Below, piece after piece: positions 56,712 to 64,000 of a stretch of DNA of 64,000 nt; position 1 is the stretch's first letter; each line of letters opens with the position of its first letter. The translations under genes were made by a program, and so were the position numbers. The stretch is taken from UHGV virus genome UHGV-1440165; one strand, given 5' to 3'. The DNA comes from a virus. The notes under the pieces were generated by a model, which had not been told where the DNA came from, searched no databases, and was given only the letters and a program-made list of their open reading frames with translations.

Positions 56712-57701
56712 TCACTTCCACTTGATGTTGAGCATGATGTTGGTCAGGAAGTACACGGCATGCAGCCATACGTCCCCAACCTGACGGTGCTCAATTTGAG
56801 ACTGACCGCAGACACAGACAAGGTCAGGGATAGACTCAGTCTGTACAGACATCGGCTTCTCTTTGTCCTGTGGTACACAGAACTGGAAGAAGCGGGAATA
56901 GAAGTCTTCGGTGATGTAGTTCTGATTGTCAGTCACCCACTGCTTCATGCCAGCCCAGTCATTGGCTTTCAGCATGCCGACCAGAGTGCCGAGGTCAGCC
57001 GCTTTCAACACAGCCAGGGCGCGTTCGTCAATCTTACCGAACGTGGTGACGTTGTCCTGCAGCGTACCCATGATGCGGCGGTTGTCGGGGAAATGGCGCT
57101 TAACGATAGCAGCCAGAACCTGTGGAACGAATTCAACGTTTTCGGCTCTGAGGATTTCAACGCAGCGCAGACAGAATTTACCCTGAACTTCCAGCGCTTC
57201 CTGCTCGTTCCAGATGAAGTCGATCTCACGGCAACGCGAGCGCAGAGGTTCGTTGACACGCTGCTTGGCGTTCGTGGTCAGGATAAAGGAGCAGTTCTTT
57301 GAGACCTTCTCTACGATACCCTTCAGGGATTCCTGCGCCGACATAGACAGGCGCTCAACTTCGTCGAGGATAACGACTTTGCGGCCGCCGAAGACGCTCA
57401 CGCCCGTAGAATACTGAATGACGCGATCACGGATAACATCGATGCTGTTGTCCAGGGATGCGTTGATAAACAGAGGTTGCTTACAACCGATCTCATTACA
57501 CACGGCCAGAGCAGTAGTGGTCTTGCCCGTACCCGGCTGAGGGGAGTAGAACAGCATGGACGGGATGTTGCCGCTGCCGCTGGTAATGTACCCATGGATT
57601 TTAGCGCGGACGTCCTGAGGGATGATGATCTCATCGAGGTTGTCAGGTCTGTACTTGTTCTCCCACGCATATTGGTCGGACACGATAGTGATATTGGACA
57701 T
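56712..57701 (-). CDS. clamp loader large subunit, AAA+ ATPase (T4 gp44-like)
   Basis: Walker A PQPGTGKTT; Walker B VVILDEVE; RFC-like. Confidence 0.8.
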   Translation of the reverse strand: MSNITIVSDQYAWENKYRPDNLDEIIIPQDVRAKIHGYITSGSGNIPSMLFYSPQPGTGKTTTALAVCNEIGCKQPLFINASLDNSIDVIRDRVIQYSTGVSVFGGRKVVILDEVERLSMSAQESLKGIVEKVSKNCSFILTTNAKQRVNEPLRSRCREIDFIWNEQEALEVQGKFCLRCVEILRAENVEFVPQVLAAIVKRHFPDNRRIMGTLQDNVTTFGKIDERALAVLKAADLGTLVGMLKANDWAGMKQWVTDNQNYITEDFYSRFFQFCVPQDKEKPMSVQTESIPDLVCVCGQSQIEHRQVGDVWLHAVYFLTNIMLNIKWK

Positions 57702-58357
57702 TATGAATTCCCATGATATAGTTTACAGAATAGAACCCAAGCACTGTCATTATATGGGTTCCAACCTTCTTTGAATTTGTTTATCATACTCATTGCAGTG
57801 TTCTCTTTTATTGAGAACAAACGAGCAATTTTACGACAACCATCTCCGGTTTTCAACCAATGTAAGTAAACATCGCCCGATTTCAACCACATTGGTCTAG
57901 TGTTATGCAACAACGCAGCCCCTGTGTCCCAAGGGTTTATACCGAACACCGGATGAGAAGAACCTTTCCTACCGTTCATCGGATGTTCTTTCCCTTTCTT
58001 TCCTTTTAGCCAACCAGGCTTTCCCCTTCTGTGATGGTTTGGTCCTGCTGCTCTTCCGTTAGCCACAGAACACCCTTCCGGTTGAAACATCAAGTTTAAA
58101 CAGAGAGGATTTTGTGAATGTTCTGAAATGAGTTTCTGTTCTTTCCAATATGCATCTTCTGGAGAGTCGAACAATTCTACAAATATCACATCAAAGAAAT
58201 CAGAACCTTTCTTAGATATGATTTCCTTGACCGTTTGTGAAGAAGTGAAATACGAAGTGAACAATTGTAAAGGATGCGCACCCAATTTCGTTCTAGAACC
58301 AAAATAGAAAGAACCATCCTTTCCTAACAAATGATATACAAACGGTTGGTTCCTCAT
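57701..58357 (-). mobile_element. free-standing GIY-YIG homing endonuclease gene (Seg-like)
   Basis: N-terminal VYHLLGKDGSFYFGS (GIY-X10-YIG spacing); inserted between clamp-loader and clamp genes. Confidence 0.5.
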
Positions 58358-58436
58358 TTCAGCCTCTTGTAGAAGAATCATTTCAAATGGGCGGGAAAGC
58401 CCCGCCCACACATTATAGCATCAGGCTGGAGATTGA

Positions 58437-59105
58437 TTACTCAATCTGCGCGCCGACGAAGTAATTGATCGTCGCGTCGGAGGACTGGAAGTTAACCATC
58501 TGCAGTTCAGCACAGGCACGGAGCGTGTAGTTGCCTTCGATCATCTTCAGGTTGGCAACGTCCAGAGGCATAACAAAGTCGCTCATGGCGGTTTCGCCCA
58601 GCTCTACGGTGTAGTTGTTGGAGTTGTCCAGGCCAGTAGTAGTCGCCACCATGCGGGTTTTGCCACCCTGAGCAACCAGGCGAACTGTTTTGTGGCCGAG
58701 GGTAGAACACGCACGAGTCAGTTCTTTCATCTTCTCTGGAGTGATGATCGCTTCAAAGTCGACGGAAGGCAGTTCGATGGTGTCAGCCGGGACCACAGTC
58801 AGTTCTTTGGCGGAACGCCAGAACTGCAGTTGAGAGCTTTCGCCTTTCAGCAGGATGTAGTCCTGATGGAATTCGGCTTTCGCGCCTTTAAAGGAAGGCA
58901 GACGCTGAATGGCCAGCAGCTTGGTCAGGTCCAGAATAGGGAATTCAAACGGGAAGTCTTCTTCGATCTGCGCAACGGCGATCACAGTAGAAGAATCGTT
59001 GATGCTGCGCAGCATTTTACCCGGTGTCAGAACGATAGAAGGGTTGATGGTCTCAAAGTTGGCCAGCAACTGAAGTGTACGTTCGGAGAGAGTGATCTCT
59101 TGCAT
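58437..59105 (-). CDS. sliding clamp (T4 gp45-like)
   Basis: N-terminal LLANFETINPSIVL resembles gp45 LLKNFATINSGIML; 222 aa; gene order 45-44-62-regA. Confidence 0.65.
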   Translation of the reverse strand: MQEITLSERTLQLLANFETINPSIVLTPGKMLRSINDSSTVIAVAQIEEDFPFEFPILDLTKLLAIQRLPSFKGAKAEFHQDYILLKGESSQLQFWRSAKELTVVPADTIELPSVDFEAIITPEKMKELTRACSTLGHKTVRLVAQGGKTRMVATTTGLDNSNNYTVELGETAMSDFVMPLDVANLKMIEGNYTLRACAELQMVNFQSSDATINYFVGAQIE

Positions 59106-59211
59106 TTATGTATCCTCAAAATATAGTGGGGGTTCAAGTCATGTTCGACGCAATCTAGTATCGCTGTGTTGTGCTTATAGAACAAGTGGCAAATTGCGCT
59201 ACGCGTTATAA

Positions 59212-59230
59212 TAAATGCCTTCGGCATTTA
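59212..59230. terminator. hairpin AAATGCC-TTCG-GGCATTT (UUCG tetraloop) in AT-rich intergenic region
   Basis: Inverted repeat read directly. Confidence 0.4.
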
Positions 59231-59383
59231 TGGACTTTATTAAAGATAATAACCTTTATTATTCCTATTCGCTTCGCTCATAAAACAAATACTCGTTGCT
59301 CGTTAACACTCACAACTCGTATAATACCACGCCAGATGTTCAACAAGAAAGCAGTTTTTATTCAACAGCAAAATTAATTTAAT

Positions 59384-59412
59384 TTGGTCTAAACATGTAC
59401 GCGAAATAATAT
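59384..59412 (+). promoter_or_regulatory. sigma70-like promoter TTGGTC-N17-TAATAT for 59448 gene
   Basis: Hexamers and spacing. Confidence 0.4.
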
Positions 59413-59447
59413 GTATGTCAGGTTAACCCAACACACGAGAGTAATAT

Positions 59448-59825
59448 ATGAAACAGTTCGTAGGATTGTACGCAGTGGGATGCAGCAAGCCAGATGCTAT
59501 CCTCACCGCAGGGGAATTTGTTACAGGAACACCAGTGTATCTGTCACAGCTGGCGTCTGATAAGAACTTACCATCGGAACCGCGCTTTGTGCCACTTGGC
59601 CTGATGACAGGCATGAAAGTTGGCTTGTACATTGGTGTCGTTACCTTCAACGATGGTATCGAAGCGAAGGTGCTGCCATTCCAACTCAACAGTGAGCAAA
59701 CACTGAAAGAAACGATTGCTGAGCATCTGAATCCTCAGTGCCTGGCTTCCCTCGATAAATTGTTCGGCGCGGCGGGAGATGAAGGCGAGGCCACCCCCGC
59801 CTATGTGAATCAAGATCAATCGTGA
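59448..59825 (+). CDS. hypothetical protein (125 aa)
   Basis: Plus-strand ORF with own promoter; 3' end overlaps convergent UvsW gene. Confidence 0.45.
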   Translation: MKQFVGLYAVGCSKPDAILTAGEFVTGTPVYLSQLASDKNLPSEPRFVPLGLMTGMKVGLYIGVVTFNDGIEAKVLPFQLNSEQTLKETIAEHLNPQCLASLDKLFGAAGDEGEATPAYVNQDQS

Positions 59826-61324
59826 TTCCCGAGCGCCACCTTCATGAATTCCACGGGGTGACGCTCTGTTAGATAGAATTTGTATCGCTCTTGAGAATGC
59901 CTCACAGCGTGGTTCTGGGATCCTTTGTACGATGCATTGTCGACTAAGTCCCAGATCCATGCAACATCCTTAGAGGAGTGCTGGCGCATCAGACGGCCTA
60001 ATGTCTGTATGACACGGATGTATGACTTGCTCGGGTGAGCCAGTACCAGGTGATGTAGCTTTTTGATAGACACGCCCTGCTGCATTGTGCCATACGATGC
60101 CAACAGCGTGATATCCTCGCCATCTTCCATCGCTTTCTGAATACGCCGACGATCCTCGATCTTCACTTCACCGTTGATGACGAACACGTTGGGTTTCACC
60201 GCGCTCAACATCTCGTACACCACCATCATGTGGGCATCAATACGCTCAAACATGACAGCCACGTTCCCATTGAGGTTCAGTGCCATCTTCGCAATCACTT
60301 CGTTTCGTGACTGATGGGTGATGAGGTATTCAATTTCCTTGCTGTATTCCCCGTCCAGTGTCATTGCGTCGGCGATGGTATGCCTCAGCTCAATCATCTT
60401 GACTTTGATGTCAGTGGCGTAGCCCAGATTAATGAGGTCGCGAGCCGTGATGATCTTGTGATAGGTGCCGAAGTGAGCGACAACCTGCAGCCCAGCAACC
60501 TTCGTGTTCGCAAGCGTACCTGTCACGCCCAGACGCTGGTCGGCATAGATGCAGTTGTTGAGGATGTAGGACAGCTTCTCCGACTTGGAGGTGTGAACTT
60601 CGTCCACCACGATATCACCGAACTGATGGAACCATTCCTTCGGCTGATCTTGTATGCCCTGCCAGGTGCTGATTACAATCGGCTTGGTGATGTTTTTAGT
60701 CGCGCCCTCAAAGATCAGCTGAGTGTTGACAACAGGCTTCCAATCAGTCCCGTGGGAGTATTCTTCGAAGTTGTCATACAGCTGCGTAACCAGGTGGATT
60801 GACGGCACCACGATAAGCGTCCTCAGATTGCTTTCCAGAGCTTCTCTGCGTTGCCTGTAGTACCGCGCCATGACATACAGAACAAAGGACTTCCCGGCAC
60901 TCGTAGCCAGCTCACAGACGCATCTGGTCTGACGCATCGCCTTGGCTATCGTGTCAAACTGGTAATCACGGGTGATCGCATCGATGTACTCATGATTCTC
61001 TGTCCGGACTTTGGCATGCAGGCTGTTGATGAATTCGTGTATCTCTTCATCAGGAATGTTCTGAACGTATTTCAGCGCCGGGTCCAGCTCAATAGTGTAG
61101 CCGTTCTGTTTGCAGAACTTGAACACCTCGAACAACAGGCCGATGTCGATAAGGCCGGAAGATTTGGTGAACAGACGGACAATCCCATCCCATTTAGAGA
61201 ACGGGTTCGGAGTGTAGTTTGGGTCTTCGAATTTGAAGTAATCGTTCAGCTCTTCCCTGATAGAAAGATCTGCGATGCATCGCATGCGGACTTCGTTAAC
61301 CTTAACAATCTGAACGTCTGCCAT
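59816..61324 (-). CDS. uvsW: SF2 DNA helicase UvsW-like
   Basis: DExH box VVDEVH, helicase motifs, ~503 aa, adjacent to uvsY as in T4; start at MADVQ (coordinate +/-1). Confidence 0.65.
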   Translation of the reverse strand: MADVQIVKVNEVRMRCIADLSIREELNDYFKFEDPNYTPNPFSKWDGIVRLFTKSSGLIDIGLLFEVFKFCKQNGYTIELDPALKYVQNIPDEEIHEFINSLHAKVRTENHEYIDAITRDYQFDTIAKAMRQTRCVCELATSAGKSFVLYVMARYYRQRREALESNLRTLIVVPSIHLVTQLYDNFEEYSHGTDWKPVVNTQLIFEGATKNITKPIVISTWQGIQDQPKEWFHQFGDIVVDEVHTSKSEKLSYILNNCIYADQRLGVTGTLANTKVAGLQVVAHFGTYHKIITARDLINLGYATDIKVKMIELRHTIADAMTLDGEYSKEIEYLITHQSRNEVIAKMALNLNGNVAVMFERIDAHMMVVYEMLSAVKPNVFVINGEVKIEDRRRIQKAMEDGEDITLLASYGTMQQGVSIKKLHHLVLAHPSKSYIRVIQTLGRLMRQHSSKDVAWIWDLVDNASYKGSQNHAVRHSQERYKFYLTERHPVEFMKVALGNHD

Positions 61325-61352
61325 ACAAAATCTCCCAAGATATATGGGATAT

Positions 61353-62099
61353 TTAGTGGTTCGGCCATACTCCGTTCTGTTCTTTGTCCATACGATGGTA
61401 CAGGCGGACACGCTCAAACATCTTGCTCAGGATGTCATCACGGTGGAACTCGATGATGGTTGGGTTCAAAGAGGATTCGTTGGCGATGACGTTTATCAAC
61501 CGGGTGATCTTTACGCCAAACATCTGCTGGAACATGACCGAGTACAGGCAAAGCTGAATGCTGTAGTCCTCGATCATTCCGCGAGTCTTGATGGTATTGG
61601 AAGTCTTGAAGTCAATGATGGCTGGTTTACCCTCATACACCCCGATGAGGTCTACGCGCCCAGCGAGGCCAAGGACTTCGCTATATAATGGGATCTCCTG
61701 AGCATAGATCTTGCTCATCTTGTTCAGGTAAGGGAAGAGTTGCTTGAACATGAACATGTATTCGCCAGCCGCCTCAAGCACTTCTTTCATCGGGCGATTC
61801 TTCAAATACAGTTCACAGGCGAGGTGCAACTTCTCACCACGGTCGGCACACCGCATGGTCTCTAAATCGGCGGCCTCGTGTCCTAGCTTGTCCCTCCAGG
61901 CTTCTAGCCATTCATGGTCCCCAGTACGCCCAAGCATCGTCGTGACCGAAGTCAGTTTGACGCCAGTTGGTGAGACGTAGTGGCGACCATTCTCCGTCGT
62001 GACACATTCCAGTTCTTTGTATGGGAGTTCATACTGCTGGAATGTGTGGTGACGATTTTCGAAGTCGTTCAGCTTACGAAGAGCCTGGAGGGATGCCAT
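61353..62099 (-). CDS. RecB-family PD-(D/E)xK nuclease
   Basis: VDLIG...IIDFKTS...QLCLY motifs. Confidence 0.45.
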   Translation of the reverse strand: MASLQALRKLNDFENRHHTFQQYELPYKELECVTTENGRHYVSPTGVKLTSVTTMLGRTGDHEWLEAWRDKLGHEAADLETMRCADRGEKLHLACELYLKNRPMKEVLEAAGEYMFMFKQLFPYLNKMSKIYAQEIPLYSEVLGLAGRVDLIGVYEGKPAIIDFKTSNTIKTRGMIEDYSIQLCLYSVMFQQMFGVKITRLINVIANESSLNPTIIEFHRDDILSKMFERVRLYHRMDKEQNGVWPNH

Positions 62100-62114
62100 T
62101 ATATATGATCCTTG

Positions 62115-62567
62115 TTATGCACCATCAAGATATTTTCTCCATTCAATAGCGTTCTTCACTTCGTAGCCCAGCTTGTTCAGGCGGTCCAAACAGCTTTCGA
62201 TAAATTTCACTTTGGCTTTCTGTTCCTGAAGCAGGATAGACAGTTCGACGTAATCTTCGTCGGCCTTGATCCACACATCGATCTCTGACTTCAGAGGACG
62301 GACTTTCAATGGACGCTCGGCATAGATGTTGGGTGGTAACTCCCCGGCGTAATAGCGACGCAGGTAAAGATCAATCTGTCGGAAGCGCCCATTGAGGAAT
62401 TCCAGATAGCGCCCTTCACGCAGGTAATGGCGCTGCACGACCATCCATGAGCGCCCGACCTTCAGTGAGATCTGATCGAGGTTCATGTCTTCTGGGTTCA
62501 CCGCAACCAGCGGCTCCAGCTCATCCATGATGTCCTCGGTCTTCATTGTTTGTAGTTGCTCTGTCAT
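62115..62567 (-). CDS. uvsY: recombination mediator UvsY-like
   Basis: Size and pattern (LYLRRYYAGE...) comparable to T4 UvsY; next to uvsW. Confidence 0.5.
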   Translation of the reverse strand: MTEQLQTMKTEDIMDELEPLVAVNPEDMNLDQISLKVGRSWMVVQRHYLREGRYLEFLNGRFRQIDLYLRRYYAGELPPNIYAERPLKVRPLKSEIDVWIKADEDYVELSILLQEQKAKVKFIESCLDRLNKLGYEVKNAIEWRKYLDGA

Positions 62568-62609
62568 AACATATCCCAGCTTGTCAATGTCATAAAATTA
62601 TACCGCACA

Positions 62610-63110
62610 TCACGGATTAGAATCTATCTCACGGCCCACAATGGTGGGGACCATCTCCTGGAACTTGAACGTCACAGTTGAAACCAGCTGAGGAACAGCA
62701 GCGTCCACGTCGACCAACACGTTGTCAAGAGCCGTCGGGCGGGAGTCTTGTAACACCAGAGTCAGGCCAATCGGGCGGTTCAGGTTGTCCAGCAGGTCAA
62801 TGGTGATATCCTTGCTCACAGGCAGATCCTTCCCGACGTTGGAGCGAATCCAGTTGTGTAACATCAGCCACGTTTTCCAGTCCTCATCGATTACGAAAGT
62901 AAATACGACGGGGTCATATGTGATACGTTCCGACGGGATGGAAACGAGAACGTCACCAGGTGATGGACCGTCGATGCCCTCGGAATACAAGCCTGGAATG
63001 CTGAAGTCATGGATGTTACGGGATACAAGTACAAGGTCTCCGATAGATAAACGCCACTTATCGGACGCCGCAAAATTAGGGTTTTCGTTTTTGAATTGTA
63101 CATCAGACAT
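62610..63110 (-). CDS. tail-tube family protein (gp19/gp54-like fold)
   Basis: DPVVFTFVIDEDWKTWLMLHNWIRS and C-terminal pattern resemble T4 gp19 (DDWTVTVMNDEAHDARQKFVDWQS); 166 aa. Confidence 0.4.
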   Translation of the reverse strand: MSDVQFKNENPNFAASDKWRLSIGDLVLVSRNIHDFSIPGLYSEGIDGPSPGDVLVSIPSERITYDPVVFTFVIDEDWKTWLMLHNWIRSNVGKDLPVSKDITIDLLDNLNRPIGLTLVLQDSRPTALDNVLVDVDAAVPQLVSTVTFKFQEMVPTIVGREIDSNP

Positions 63111-63121
63111 AATAGCACCTT

Positions 63122-63790
63122 TTGCTGTGGAGATATTTTGTGACCCTGATGCGCGGGATCAGTAGATTGATGTTGGCATGTGCGATGCTCTTACTCACGA
63201 GCTGTCGCATCTTTGTCACGCCGATCATTTCTGTTTCCGAATTGTGGAACCCGGAAGTGCGCACCCTACCAGTCACCATATCGGCTAATGTCCAGACTTG
63301 CAACAAAGGAATCTTGGACGGCATCGTCCAAGAGTTCCAGAACTTCCAGAAGCTCGTGCCCCTGGGTTGCTTCGAGGAGAACACCAACACCCTCAAACCG
63401 TATTGGAAGACAACCATTCCACTTCTGCGCCGGGGCGATGAAGGGAAGATACCTTACCTGTCTGCCAGTATTTATTACTCCCAGAACAACAGCATCATCA
63501 TCACATTCAATCCATCATTCTATAAAAAACTGAAGCAGCACACTGTGGGGCGTGTTGATGTTGGATCAGAAGTGATTGTTACATTCAAGATCGTGAACGA
63601 CACAGGCAAGCCCGTCCGGATCGCAACTCAGGGCGTGTTCGTCAACAATGATGCCGTTGGGAATGAGATGAACATCTTTGAAGTGAAGCCAGAGGGAACG
63701 ATCTGGGTCAGACTGAGCAATGTGGGAGTGAACTCCCTACTGTTGGATGGCATCGAACCAGTGGGAGTTCTTCCGGCGCGGGAGCGCTGA
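63122..63790 (+). CDS. putative lipoprotein
   Basis: N-terminal signal with lipobox-like LLLTSC; start codon uncertain (63149-63170 candidates). Confidence 0.45.
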   Translation: MLWRYFVTLMRGISRLMLACAMLLLTSCRIFVTPIISVSELWNPEVRTLPVTISANVQTCNKGILDGIVQEFQNFQKLVPLGCFEENTNTLKPYWKTTIPLLRRGDEGKIPYLSASIYYSQNNSIIITFNPSFYKKLKQHTVGRVDVGSEVIVTFKIVNDTGKPVRIATQGVFVNNDAVGNEMNIFEVKPEGTIWVRLSNVGVNSLLLDGIEPVGVLPARER

Positions 63791-64000
63791 TTACTTCAGG
63801 GCGCTCTTCAGATTATCGGAACCGATGTTGTTGATGACGCCTCCGGCACACAGATCTTTAGCCCACTCGGACAGAACATTGGCAAACGAGAAGTTCAGAC
63901 ACTTGCTGACCATGTCTTGGATGTGGGCTAACTCTGCAGCAATACCATTGGCGATGTCTTGACCGATTTGTGCCACCTGAGCAATAGCAGTATTGATGTA
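63791..64000 (-). CDS. partial CDS (C-terminal part in window; start beyond window end), hypothetical
   Basis: Minus-strand open frame running to window edge. Confidence 0.35.
   Translation of the reverse strand, partial: YINTAIAQVAQIGQDIANGIAAELAHIQDMVSKCLNFSFANVLSEWAKDLCAGGVINNIGSDNLKSALK

Noticed and set aside
1-64000. tRNA/rRNA genes, integrase or attachment sites, prophage boundaries
   Set aside because: No cloverleaf-like conserved segments, rRNA-like stretches or recombinase motifs seen by eye; gene content indicates a virulent phage. Absence is not proven without a tRNA scan.

Overview
This 64 kb window reads as part of the early/middle (DNA metabolism and host-takeover) region of a large virulent T4-superfamily myovirus, with a few late structural genes on the opposite strand. 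All calls come from reading the six-frame translations and the DNA by eye; no database search or folding was run, so family assignments are motif-level recognition and the taxonomic guess (T4-like core, possibly Ackermannviridae-like, roughly 50% GC by eye) is inference. Most genes are on the minus strand in long operons: gp56-like dNTP pyrophosphatase, dNMP kinase, a thymidylate-synthase-family enzyme, a P-loop kinase, gp32 SSB, RuvC-like resolvase, glutaredoxin, NrdB, NrdA, PhoH, endolysin, primase, Rad50/Mre11-like gp46/gp47, gp55 late sigma factor, RNase H, a DinG-like helicase, HU, RegA, clamp loader gp62/gp44, sliding clamp gp45, UvsW and UvsY. Plus-strand genes are mostly baseplate/tail-tube genes, three of them preceded by T4-type late promoter boxes (TATAAATA). 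The most interesting candidates are: (1) an adjacent NAMPT-like plus PRPP-synthetase-like pair matching the NARP1 NAD+-reconstitution anti-defence architecture; (2) a dNTPase/dNMP kinase/TS-family hydroxymethylase-like/P-loop kinase module suggesting thymidine hypermodification; (3) three proteins sharing a T4 internal-protein-like N-terminal capsid-targeting motif, including a 667 aa protein; (4) a ModA/ModB-like ADP-ribosyltransferase; (5) an acyl-carrier-protein homologue whose phosphopantetheine serine is replaced by glutamate, next to a large vWA-domain protein; (6) recurrent terminator-promoter cassettes (TTTACT-N17-TATTAT) with hairpins that would sit at the 5' end of early transcripts. 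No rRNA, tRNA, CRISPR array or integrase was seen.
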